DNA of 64,000 nucleotides from NCBI GenBank assembly GCA_965153285.1, contig OZ229123.1; one strand, given 5' to 3'. Shown here in pieces: positions 1 through 11,476 of this stretch. The DNA comes from Podarcis tiliguerta. Lineage: Eukaryota. The notes under the pieces were generated by a model. That model worked only from the letters and a program-made list of their open reading frames with translations. It searched no databases and had not been told where the DNA came from. How positions within the stretch are numbered: position 1 is the first letter of the stretch; each line of letters starts with the position of its first letter. Made by a program: the position numbers and the translations under genes.

Positions 1-1169
1 ACAGGGATGGGGAGCTTGTGGCCTGACAAATATTTCGATGACTACAACTCCCAACATCCCTGACCACTGGCTGTGCTGGATGCAGGGGCTGATGGGAGAT
101 GGAGTCCAGCAGCACCTGGAGAGCCACAGATGTTTCCCACCCCAGACTTACACTTGTGTGATCAAAGCAAAAAAAGAAGTTGAAAGCTGCTTGCTTCCAA
201 CCTGTATTCTGCCCTTCCTGGAGCAGAGCCAAGCAAGCAACAGGAAGGTCACCAAAACCCTGGCCCTTTGCTAGGGGCTTGGGGGGGGGGGGGACAACAA
301 CAATGTGCTATGATACCCTGAAGTCCCCAAAATTCAAGTCACCAGTTTGCAAGGAAACAAGGACTGTCTCAGGGCCAGGAGCTGTGCATGGATGCACACT
401 GCAAAGATCTATTAAGGAGGGAAACCAGGGTTGTCAAAGCACAGCACACACATTGTTTTGTCTGAGATGGAGTGGCAAGAAGGTGGCTGTGCATGAAGCA
501 GTTCAGAACTTCACTACGTCTGTTATTATTATTAATCTGCCCTTCCTTCCCACAGAACACAGGCTGGTGCACAATACGATAAATGCAAGATGGCAAAAAT
601 AATTAAAATATGGGTAATTTGAAACATGGGCTTTTGAACTAACCATCAGGAAAGAAGCCTGTTTTGAATTCCCAATGAGCTGAAAGCCACAGGCAGCACC
701 TCGTCAGATGAACCAGCTCTGCAGGTCTGCCTCTCATGCAAGGAAATCATGTCTGAATCCATTTCCAATGTGGCTTAAAGGGTGCAGCCCACCCCCACTT
801 CAACCAATCAGCCTGCATTTGGCTTCCAAGTTGATTTGGGCAGGATTCGGAGGTTGTCTGCGTCTACTACAGGACCACCTTCACTAGCCTGGAGCCTTAT
901 TATGTTTTGGACTCCAACACCCATCATGGCCATACATGCCTGGGGCTGATGGGAGTTGCAGTCCAAAATACCCAGAAGGCCTAGTCTGGCAAAGGCTGCA
1001 GTGCAGCAGTTCTTCCAGGCCTACCTGCTCCCCCAGCTAAGGTCAGAAGCTAGTCCAAGCACTGCCTCTCCCACCAAGGATCCCTCTGCATTCATTATCC
1101 TCTGCTTTGTGCCTTATATGCTGCCAGCCGGCCTTTAGCCTACTGAGTCCGCCCCCTTGCCCAACTCAC

Positions 1170-3896
1170 CTTGTTGTCTTTGGCTTCCACTTGCTTTGCG
1201 GACTCCTGGATCCTTTTTTGCAGCTCCGCAATGGTGCTCAGGGACTTGTCGCACCTCTCCTTCTGGTCCTTGATCTCCTGCTCAATGCTGAAGTTCCTGG
1301 ACTGCAGGGGCTCCTTCTTGTCCTTGGTGGGCGCCTCCTCCATCCTGGCTTGCTGGGCTGCCTCCAGCTTCCGGCTGAGCTCAGCCAGCTTCTCGGCCAT
1401 GCTGCCCACTTGCCCTTCCAGCTTGCTCTTCACCATCTTGTGCTCTGCCATCCCAACCACCTCTCGGCTCTCCAGCTCCCACAGGGCTTCTTTGGCGCTC
1501 TGGATTTCAGACTGCAGCTTGGCAACCTTCTCTGCCCTCTCCTGGCTCTCTCCCTCCTTCTCTCTTAAGGCGGATTTCGCGGCGGATGCTTCCCTCTCCA
1601 AGCCCTCCTTGATGCGGAGGTGCTCGGCTAGGGGCACAGAGGCGGCCTTGAGATCGGTCATCTCCCGCTGCAGCTCCTGGGATTTCTGCACCTCCTGCTG
1701 GCAGCTGGCCTCCTTGCTGCTCAGCTCCCCTTTCAGCTCTTCGATGGTGCGGCCGAGCTGCCTCTCCAGGGCTTCCACCTGCTCCAGTGGGACATATTGG
1801 GCGTGGAGGCGGCTCTCTGCCTCGCGGGCCTCGGAGCGTTGCCGGGCGCTCTCCTCCTGAAGCCGCTCCTTCTCGCACTGGATCTCGGCAAACTTCTGCT
1901 GCAGCTCGCACAACTGCTTGTTGAGGCCGTCCATCTTGCTGGCAAACATCCGCTCCATTTCGTGTGACTTCTCCGCCAGGACATAGTTCTGCTGCAAGTC
2001 GTTCTGGACGCTCAGGAGCCTGGCCTTCAGCTTCTCGTTCTCCTGGCTGCATTTCTTGCCTTCCTCCTCTCTCTCTCGGCGCTGCTCCCTCTCCTTCTGC
2101 AGCTGGCTCCTCAGTTCTTTCGCCGTCTCCTCGAAGCAGCGCTCCTTCTCTTCGAAACTGGCAAGGGGGGCATATTTGGACTTGATGCATTCCTGGATCA
2201 TGTCCAGCTCCTTCTTCTGGGCCTTGATCTCAGCATGCAACTGGGCCACCTCCTCTTGCTTCGCCTGGTATTTTGCCTGCATTTCAGAACCGTTCTCCTG
2301 CAGCTCCTGAATGTTTTTCTGGAGGGCGGCGACTTTTGCTTCATGCTCCCGTGTGTTTATGTATTCGCCTCCTTGCACTTGGCTTTGCAGCGTTCGCAGC
2401 TTCCTCTTCAGCATCCCGTTCTCATCGCTCACCCTCACAAACTCTTGCTTGACACTTTCCATTTTGTCCTTCAGCTCCAGCAGCTCTTGGCCCGTCCTTT
2501 CAAGAGTGCTGTTCAGCACTGCCTTGACCTCCTCGTGAGTAGCCACCGGCACGTACTGCTCTTCCATGGTCTCTTGAAGAGTAGCATTTTTGGACGCAAA
2601 CTCGGATGCCTTGTCTTGCTGCTCCCTGTACTTTTGGCTGAGCTCGGCGACTTGCCGCTCCAGGCCGGCCGTGGTTAGCTTCAAGGCTCTCATCTCCTTC
2701 TCGTGCTTCTCCCGGGGGATGTAAGCCGCCTGGAGCTGGCCAACCGTCTCCTTCAAGCGGAGGTTTTCCGCCAGCAGCTTCTCCGCCTCTGCGCTGTGCT
2801 TCTGACACTTCTCTCTGCTCTCCGCCAGCTTCTTGTTCAGCTCCCCCACCGTGACGTCGCTCGCCCGCTTCACCTCCTCGCTGATCTTCAAAGGCACGTA
2901 CTGGCTCTTCATCTCGCTCCGGAGGGCCTCCACTTGCTGCTTCAGCAGGCTGTGGCCTGCCTTGGCCTTTTCCGCCTCCGCCTGCCAGGCCTGGCTCTGG
3001 TGCTTCAGCTCCGCCTGCACTCGCTCCAGCTCCCTGGCCTTCTGCTCATACCTGACCTTCAACTGCTTGTGCTCCTCCGGCCTCACATACTGGGCAAACT
3101 GGCCTCTCTGGCCCTCCAGCTCCGCCCTCAGCCCCTGAGCCTCTGTGCGCAGCTTCTGCCGCTCCGCCTCCGCCTCTGCCAACCTGCGCGCCTTCTCCTC
3201 CACTTCGCCGGAGAGCGAGCTCTTCACTTTCTCGAGCTTCTCCGCCAGCTTGGCCGCCGCCTCCTTCAGCTGACCCTCTGCCTCGCAGGCCCTCCTCTCC
3301 CGCTTCTCGTGCTCCACCTTCAACATGCTCAGCTCCCTCTGCAGCTTCTTGTTGTCGTCCACCAGCCTGGCTTCATCCCTGCGGAACTCCTCCACCAACA
3401 GCTCGTTCTGCTTCAGCTGGTTCCTCAGCTTGCCCACCTCAGCCGAGGCCCCCTCGTACTTGGCCTTGGTGTCCTTCAGCTGCTCCTTCAGCTCCTCCAC
3501 CGCCTTGCTGCCGGTGGCCGCCGCCTCGCTTGTCAGGTGGTCCTTCAGGGCCAGGAAGTGCGTCTGCATCTGCTTCACTTTCCCTTCCGAGTCAAACATC
3601 CTCTTCTGCACGTCCTTCAAGGCGTCTTCCAGCTGCTTGATCTGCTGGTCCGACTCCTGCTTTGTTCTCTCACACTCCGCTGCCAGCGCTTTGCACTCTG
3701 CCGCCTTGTGGGAGAGCTCCAGCTGCAGCCTGCTCACCTCCCCTCGGGCCGCATCATAGCAGCTCCTCAGGTTGCCCAGCTCCCGTTTCAGAGCTTCCGC
3801 CTCGGAGGCAGCAGGAGACAGGCTTGGGCTCAGGAGCTCCAGGGGCCTCACCATGGATCTACTCTGGAGGGCAGCTGGCGCTGAGGCAGGGGCCTG
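1170..3896 (-). CDS. UACA: UACA giant coiled-coil exon 16 (2727 nt); the gene continues beyond the left edge
   Basis: ORF 1140..3854 (..KQLEDALKDVQKRMFDSEGKVKQMQTHFLALK..AKDNK); TAGCAG acceptor; GTGAGT donor at 1169-1164. Confidence 0.96.
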
Positions 3897-3997
3897 CTAG
3901 AAAACAAGGAGACGGACTTCTTAAGACTCCAGAGAGGGGCTTCTACCAACAAACACACACACAAACACACACCTCTTTAACTAGCTTTTATGTAGGA

Positions 3998-4129
3998 CAG
4001 CATTTCCCAAACATTGGTCTCCAGCTGTTTTTGGACTACAATTCCCATCATTCATGGCCACTGGTGTTGCGAGCTAGGGATGATGGGAGTTGTAGTCCAA
4101 AAACAGCTGGAAACCCACGTTTGGGAAAC
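3998..4129. mobile_element. Palindromic MITE-like repeat (GGACTACAACTCCCATCA family); degenerate copies also near 1-140, 890-990, 9930-10055, 19400-19535, 32040-32140, 46680-46820, 49730-49840 and 54470-54605
   Basis: Long hairpin CAGCTGTTTTTGGACTACAATTCCCATCA...TGATGGGAGTTGTAGTCCAAAAACAGCTG. Confidence 0.7.
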
Positions 4130-4179
4130 ACGGATGTACGGCATTAGAACTTCCCTACAGCTCAATGGCAGAGTACATG

Positions 4180-5221
4180 TGTAGTAAGTTAGTATATTTC
4201 TGAAAGCCATTCCTTGGTTCAGTAGGGAGTGAAGCCTTGTGGGAAGCCAACAAGCCACAAGGACCCTGGGAAAGGAATCCTGTTGCTTTAACCTGAGACT
4301 AACAGGCTCCAGGATGAGCAGTTTATGGGGGAGAGGAATGAACTGATTTACTGAAGGACCTAACACCTGGGTCCTATGCTATTCCCATTTTCTCACTGAT
4401 GTTATCTCCCTAAGTGCTTACAACTGCATACCATCAAGGAAGGGAGGACACCCCTTGATCTGGCTCTGGGTTCTTAATTGCTCCAGCTGCCAAGTGTTAG
4501 ATGGATTAATCAGCGAGTCAGTCATTGGTGAATTTGAAAATAATCTAAAGTTATGATTGGTCTTGGGGTTCCGTTCCCACGTGTGTATTGGGGATAAGAG
4601 TCCTGAGAAATGAATGGTCAAGTGCGCTTTGCAAATCCGCATTGAGCCCGGCTGGAAGCTACATCTAATTAGCCGACAATCAGAATCCTATTGTGTTGGA
4701 GAATTGCTGTTCTTTTCATCCACGGACTTAAAGACTTTTCCTATCCTAACCTACCAGTAGTGTGATGTAAGTAGCGAGTTAGTTATACTTTACAATGTTC
4801 TTATTTTGGCTTCTGTAACCTTCAAGTGATGTGCCTGCAAGTTTGCATGTGTTCTTATGTTCTTCTTTTTTAAAATAAATTTTTAAGCAAAGAAACTGTT
4901 TTAGTTGTGTGCCTTTCTGGGAATCGGCTAATCCTTGCCTTCCGCTTGGTTACGCCTACCATGTGTAATTCTGCCTGCAGATACCAACTGCAGGGTGCGG
5001 GGAAATTAGTACTAACTTGAGGTGCAGCCTTTCCCCTTGAGGCTGTGACTTGTAGTTCCCCGGGTTAAAGGGGTGGTGGCAGCTACCAGCATATTTTGTC
5101 CTGTCTTGTAAAGAAGTGGCCCCCGCTTGCCTGAGCCCCTCAGGGATCCTGTCTGGCCGGAGAGCTGAGACCAGGTAGTGTGGCCGAGTGCAGAGGGCAG
5201 GTGGAGGGCTACGTTACCACA
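4180..5221 (+). mobile_element. Solo LTR (1042 bp) inserted into a tRNA-derived SINE
   Basis: TGTAGTAA...TTACCACA termini; 5-bp TSD ACATG at 4175-4179 and 5222-5226; internal AATAAA at 4874-4879 (basis for the strand call). Confidence 0.8.
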
Positions 5222-5836
5222 ACATGTGTCTTGTGTACGAAAAGCCCCAGGCCCATTCCCCAACATCTCCAGTTGAAAGGTAAGTAGATCTCAGGTAAGT
5301 GAGCAGAGAGACTGGGGGGGTCACTGCCAGTTGACCGTTAGGGATACGGAGCAGACAGACAATAGGCTCATCCAGGAAGATCCTTAAGGGCCTCCTCTGC
5401 TCCATTAACACATTTTGACTGTGTAATGGATCTGTCACGGATCACAGTAACCGAGTTACTAAGCTGAGGGCAGAAGCTCAATTTATCTTGCTAATGGGGC
5501 AATTGCAACAAGCCTCCTGCTTTCCGCTGATTCCCAGCCAAATAAGTGTGACATCCAAGTAATGGATGAGCCTGTTGCTCATTTCGCTGGCTCTGCCAGA
5601 GGACAGTTGCTGGCCCACACCTTCCATTTCTGTGCAGTACACAGCAAGGCTCCCACAGGAGACGGGACACAGAGCAACTGGACACCATGACGGCATTGTG
5701 GAGCCCCAAGAGACGGCCCAGTGACCAGGTGCACCAATGGCATTTTAACATGCTCAACATCATAGGAAAAGTAGCCACACTGCAGATGCCCACATGGCAT
5801 TCCCAAATGCACAAACGAGCTAACAAATTGGAGTAC

Positions 5837-5889
5837 CTGTGGTTCTGCAGAATATGTAGAACCCTGCTTCAGCAAAACATCTTCTTTCC
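5837..5889 (-). CDS. UACA: UACA exon 15 (KEDVLLKQGSTYSAEPQ)
   Basis: TAG acceptor, GT donor, 53 nt; KED.LLKQG motif. Confidence 0.92.
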
Positions 5890-6663
5890 CTACAGAAAGA
5901 CAAAATAAAGAGCTTGTTCAATCTAACCTGACAAAGTACAAATCTGCTATATGTTTAGAAGGTGGAACCTGCATTATTAAAAGTTAAACAGACAGCTGCT
6001 TCCTGCAAGGCCCTGTAGCCGGGAGCTGAGCAGCTGGGATGTCATAGAAAGCAGGGACACCCCCACTGCTGAGGGTCAAGGGAACCAGGCCTCAGGGCAG
6101 CATCTATAGAAAGGGAATGGAGAGGCAAGAGAATCACAGAGGCTGGAGGATCACAGAGCAGCAGGCTGATTGGGGCCATTCAATACTATAAATACTTCTC
6201 TGGTCCTGAAAGCACAAGATCTAAGGCAAGGTGGGGGATCTCTTTCAGCCCAAGGTCACCTCCCAGCCAGACAAAAGCACTTGAGGAGGAGGCAGAGAAG
6301 TGCCAGGGAGGGGTGTGGCTTGGGTCAAAAAGGTGTGGCCTAAGGAGAGCACTGTGGGCGAGGCAGAGAGGCCTGGACAGCCACATTCGATCCCTAGGTC
6401 TGAGGTTCTCAGTTCCTGCTCTATATTATCATTATTATTAAATTTATGAATGGGACATATGTCCCAAGGTAATTTACACACAGGGCAGCTTACAACATTA
6501 ACAGATATGGTCAGCAAACTTTATAGCCCTGCTGCTTCCGTATGTCCCCAAATTACCCACTTTCACTTGACTGCCACAACTGCAGATAGAAGGGCACAAA
6601 ACTCCACAATGTTAGCGCTCGATTCCCTTTCTAAACAAGGTATCAAGGAACGGTAATACTCAC

Positions 6664-6700
6664 TGTTACCAAAACTGTTTCCAGATCCCCCGTGGTCACC
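6664..6700 (-). CDS. UACA: UACA exon 14 (GDHGGSGNSFGN)
   Basis: CAG acceptor, GTGAGT donor, 37 nt. Confidence 0.9.
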
Positions 6701-6854
6701 CTGAAATCAAAACACACAGACTTTGGTTCAGAGAGATACAGATTAACCGTTCACAAGGGTTCAGGCTTTCAGAATGAAACTATTTTTTTCATAGTCTTAA
6801 TACACAGAGACTATGGGGGGGAATTTTTTTTCATAGTCTTAATCCACAGATAGT

Positions 6855-7206
6855 GGGACGCGGGTGGCGCTGTGGGTTAAACCACAGAGCCTAGGGCTTG
6901 CTGATCAGAAGGTCGGCGGTTCGAATCCCCGCGACGGGGTGAGCTCTTGTTGCTCGGTCCCAGCTCCTGCCCACCTAGCAGTTCGAAAGCACGTCAAAGT
7001 GCAAGTAGATAAATAGGTACTGCTCCGGTGGGAAGGTAAATGGTGTTTCCGTGCGCTGCTCTGGTTCGCCAGAAGCGGCTTAGTCATGCTGGCCACATGA
7101 CCCGGAAGCTGTACGCCGGCTCCCTCGGCCAATAAAGTGAGATGAGCGCCGCAACCCCAGAGTCAGCTACGACTGGACCTAATGGTCAGGGGTCCCTTTA
7201 CCTTTA
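6855..7206 (+). mobile_element. Sauria SINE, full length
   Basis: GGGACGCGGGTGGCGCTGTGG head, GGTTCGAATCC B box, TTTACCTTTA tail; TSD TTAATCCACAGA at 6839-6850 and 7204-7215. Confidence 0.92.
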
Positions 7207-7254
7207 ATCCACAGAGAACTTTCCTGAAATGCATATGATACTTAATACCTTCAC

Positions 7255-7551
7255 AGAATAACAGAATTGTAGAGTTGGAAGGGATCCTGAGGGTCATCTA
7301 GTCCAACCCCCTGTAATGCAGAAATTTCAACTAAAGCATGCATGACTCATGGCCACCCAACTTCTCCTTAAAAAACAATCTTGCTCTATCTTCCACATGA
7401 CAGACCTCCAGATATTTGAAGATAGGCAACATATCCCCTCTCTGTCTTCTCTTCTCCAGGCTAAACATACCCAGCTCCTTCAACCGTTCCTCATAAGGCT
7501 TGGTTTCCAAATCCTCAGTCATCTTGGTCGCCCTCCTCTGCACACCTTCCA
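7255..7551 (-). mobile_element. CR1 LINE 3' fragment with an internal deletion
   Basis: ORF 7331..7543 QRRATKM..YEERLKELGMFSLEKRR is typical of CR1 ORF2. Confidence 0.85.
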
Positions 7552-7686
7552 GAAGGGTCTGTGCAAGAGTGAACTGAGCCCTGTAGCTATAGCCTTGTCA
7601 CCCAATAGCACAACTCCCAGTTCCTGCTAACTTAGTGGAGGGCTGCTTGAAACGGAAACTGGCTTCCCCACCAAAGGGCGACGTAC

Positions 7687-7785
7687 CTCATAGAATCTCA
7701 GCTTTGACTTCAGAGCTTCAAGCATCCGTGAACTTTCTTCCTGCTGCTTCTCCTTTGCTGTCAGCAGCCTCCTGAGCTCATCTTT
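7687..7785 (-). CDS. UACA: UACA exon 13 (KDELRRLLTAKEKQQEESSRMLEALKSKLRFYE)
   Basis: CAG acceptor, GTACGT donor, 99 nt. Confidence 0.93.
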
Positions 7786-8417
7786 CTGAAAGTGAGCAAC
7801 AAATCAACATGGAACATACTGGTAATGTTTAAGCACTAAGAAATATGAATATGGAAATCCTGCAGGACAGAAACATGACACTTTCCAGCCTACCGTAGCT
7901 TACAGAAAAATAGGAAGCTGTTTTATATAGAGTAACATAGGAAAACCATTGGTCCATCTAGCTCAGTGCTGCCTACACTGACCGACAGCAGCTGCTCTCC
8001 TGGATTTCAAGCAGGAGTCTCTCTTGACGCTACCTGGAAATGCTGTCAGAGGTGAACCTGGGATGTTCTGCATCCAAGACAGATGCTCTACCCCTGAGCT
8101 GCAGCCCTTCCCCTGTAGATCTGATCCATGCACACAAGCACATCCTCCTTTCTGGATTCAGCCTGCAAGGAAGGTTAGCCCCCATGACTCTTGCCCTGGC
8201 TTTAGGGAGCGGTGTGAGCAGATCTTGCGGTGGGTACAGTGGATGACAAACACGTTACCAGAACTGACCCCAAAAGCAAAGTTCCCTTCCTTCCTTTTTC
8301 ATTTCAAATCAAATGTTCAGTTGTTGTTTAAGAGAGGTGGAAGAATTTTTCCCCTCAGCTTCAGATTTCTCAACAAATAAGTATAGGGTGGGGAAAAAGA
8401 TAGATTTTTTTCTTTAC

Positions 8418-8450
8418 CTCGCTTTCGAGATCATCTGCAACCATTTGCTC
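8418..8450 (-). CDS. UACA: UACA exon 12 (EQMVADDLESE)
   Basis: CAG acceptor, GTAAAG donor, 33 nt. Confidence 0.92.
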
Positions 8451-8675
8451 CTGCAAAGAACAGAAACAGCCATTGGAATTGTATCTTGATTTATATTGTT
8501 ATATAACATTGTCAGCAGGAAACCTGGCCAACCTCATTCAGTATCCCAGTCTGTAAAATGGGGATAAAGGCAAACAAATGCACCATAAACCCATGAACAC
8601 ACCAGCCCATAAATGCACCAGATCACCCCGGAAGGGCCCTCTGAGCTGCTGTCATTGCAAACTGTGTTCCATTAC

Positions 8676-8783
8676 CTCGTTCAGCTGCAGCTGCAGACCA
8701 TTGATTCTGTCCAATAGAATCCGGTGCTCCTGCTGGATCTCCCTTAGCCTGCCTTTCAAGTCTTCATTCTCTCTTTCTAATTC
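8676..8783 (-). CDS. UACA: UACA exon 11 (ELERENEDLKGRLREIQQEHRILLDRINGLQLQLNE)
   Basis: AG/GT boundaries, 108 nt, coiled-coil start. Confidence 0.95.
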
Positions 8784-10485
8784 CTTAAAACAGGGGACAT
8801 TTTAAAACTGAGATCAGTTATCTCCTGCAGCATTAAAGCAACTGATGGATAAAATTAGGGAAATGGAGCAATTCCAATTTTAATGCACACCTCCCAAATT
8901 CACATACTCCCTAACCAAAAACACAGCTATCCTCCGAAATATACACTTCTCTGCATTCTGTGACACAAGCTTACTTGCAAGATCACCTTACCCCATATAA
9001 ACTCACTCAACCACTTTGATCTGCAGAACCGGCAATGTTACAGGTGCCACCCATTCTGCATTTTTAAAAACTCCATCTTTAAGTGTGGCAGCACCTACAC
9101 GTTGGACCTCCCTGCCTATTGACATCAGCTGTGTGCCTTCACTGTAATCTTTCCGGTGCCTGTTGAAAGCATTTATACACAAGGCCAGGTGTTTGTCTGT
9201 TTTTAGTCTATTGTTATTTGAACTTTCTGAAAGTCTAAAATTTTTCTTAATGCTTCTTACTGATAATTTTATTGATTTAGCTTTTTTACAAACCACTTTT
9301 AAGTTTTGGTTTTTTTTTACAATCAAGTGGTGTATAATTTTTTTAAAGAAAGAAAAGTCTCCGGTCGATCAGTGCATACGGAAAAGTGCATATTAGGGAA
9401 AACAACTTACAAATATGCTTTATATTAAGGTGAATTGCTTGCAAAGATCTGTATATTAAGAGAAACACACATGAACTCTCATGCAGACTTTTAAAAAATT
9501 AATAAACTAATTTGGAAAATGATGCAAACTTAACAAGACAAACTGCTACTGACGGATTTGTCCACCCCTGGATGTGACAAATCAAAGTAAATCCTAACAA
9601 CAACCACTAGTGGGCACCCTTCCTAAATATGGCAGGTGGCCAGTAACAGCCCTCTTTCCTTATCCACATACTTAAGAGGCCATCAGCACTTCAAACCGCT
9701 GCTTATCTCCAGCCTGTCAACAGCTGAAAAACCAGCTCTTAGAGATGCTTAAAGTGTTTTTCCTCTGACTTGGATATGCCAGACACTGAACTGTTCAGCC
9801 CACACACCACAGACAGATCTGCTTAGCTCAAAAACAGGCAGCATTTCTTACACCCAAACAAAAAAAGGGGGAAAGCTATCATGGTAACCAGTAATGGACC
9901 ATGCCAAGCATGTCTTCATATTTCATAGCGCAGCCTTCCCGAACCCAATGCCCTCTATATATTTTGGACTAATTCCCATCATCCCTGGCTGTGCTGGCTC
10001 AGGCTGATGGGAGTTGTAGTCCAAAACAGATTGAGGGAACCAGGTTGGGGAAGGCTAGACTAGCACCACCCAGTTAAAGCTACAAACAACATGAGAAGGG
10101 TAGGAGGAGAAGGAGAAACAAGACAGCACCAAAATGGGTCCTCATCCAGATCTCACATTCTCACTTAATTTTCTCCAAGAGAGCATTTGTACTATGCAAA
10201 CAAGAAGCTAAACAGCCACGTTTTGCTCAGAGTAGACCCACTGAAATGGACCTAAGCTAGCCAGGGCCATAGATTTCAATGAGTCTGCTCTGAATGGGAC
10301 ACCCATGAGGATCCCAGCACAGCTCATTTACATTTACTTGTTCCTATCACCCATTTAACTTTTGTGCCACACCTGTGCAACTTTGAAAAGAACCTGAAAA
10401 GCTGGAATCCCACACTTCTTTCAGCGTTTTCTAAAACCTGCTCGCTTGAGAGCATCCCACACAAAGCACAAACCTCTCCCTTCAC

Positions 10486-10575
10486 CTGTACATTCCGGTG
10501 TTCCTTCTGATGCGTCTTGAAGCTCATGTCCTCTAAGGCATTTGGTTGACTCCATTTTGGCAGCATGTTGGTCAC
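10486..10575 (-). CDS. UACA: UACA exon 10 (VTNMLPKWSQPNALEDMSFKTHQKEHRNVQ)
   Basis: CAG acceptor, GTGAAG donor, 90 nt; K.HQ.EH.N.Q resembles UACA. Confidence 0.85.
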
Positions 10576-10769
10576 CTGTTGTGCAGCATTGAAACACGGA
10601 ATTGTCAGAGGAAGTAAGAGACGCGTATGAACTGTGCTAGCAAAAGCAGCAGAAGTGTAAGAGATCCATCAGTCACATTAATCTCAGAAAGCTATCGAGT
10701 CTTGGAGGCAAACAGCAGCCCAGAAGGTGGCGAAGATGGCAGGCCTTGCTCATTTTGAGGAGGCTGACA

Positions 10770-11130
10770 AACATACCCAGACGCTTACATCTTTTCCTGA
10801 GGCCCTTCTCCAGGTCCTGCCTCTGAAGGAGACTCAGAGGGTGATGACAAAGGAGGGGGCCTTTTCAGTTGTGGCTCCCCATCTGTGGAATGCTCTCCTC
10901 AGCAAGGTCTGCCTGCCACCTTCGTTGACATCTTTTCAGCACCAAGTAAAGACTTATCTTCTTTACCAGGCTTTTAATGGACTAAGAAGAAGTTGTTTTG
11001 CTACTTGTGTGATGCCAAAGCTTTCTCTGGTGGCTATAGGGATTGGTTTGTGCTGTTTTCATGGTGTAATATATTCATATTTATCCTTTAATTGTGATTA
11101 AATCACTTGGAGACCTTCCGGTAACAAGCA
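10770..11130 (+). mobile_element. L2 LINE 3' fragment
   Basis: ORF 10727..11101 AFSVVAPHLWNAL...FQHQVKTYL, L2 ORF2 end. Confidence 0.7.
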
Positions 11131-11305
11131 ACTAACCAGTGAAATCATATTATTATAACTAGCATCATTAGGGATGGATGAGAGGTCAATAAGGCAAGAC
11201 TTTTCCTAGAAAGCAGAAACTCCCCCTGAATAAATATTAAGTAGGCAGGACCTATCTTGGTTATGAACTCGCAACAACACATATGAAAATATGCAGAATC
11301 CTCAC

Positions 11306-11346
11306 CTTGAGATGAGGCTGTCCTTTCTTCATGACTTCATAACTTG
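11306..11346 (-). CDS. UACA: UACA exon 9 (SYEVMKKGQPHLK)
   Basis: poly-T + AG acceptor, GTGAG donor, 41 nt, converts phase 1 to phase 0 as required. Confidence 0.85.
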
Positions 11347-11476
11347 CTAAAAAAAAAAAAGAATAATTTGTTTTCTGTTTAGACATTCCAAGCAGAAGAT
11401 TAGACAAAATGCAACACTCTTTCCAAGGGAGTCCGTTCCACTGTCAAACAGCTCTTACTATCAGAAAGTTCTTCCT

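Noticed and set aside
1107-3884. Long plus-strand ORFs over the UACA giant exon (e.g. 2703..3884, 393 aa; 1171..1860, 229 aa)
   Set aside because: Leu/Ser-rich antisense shadows of GC-rich coiled-coil codons; no domain or independent gene signals.
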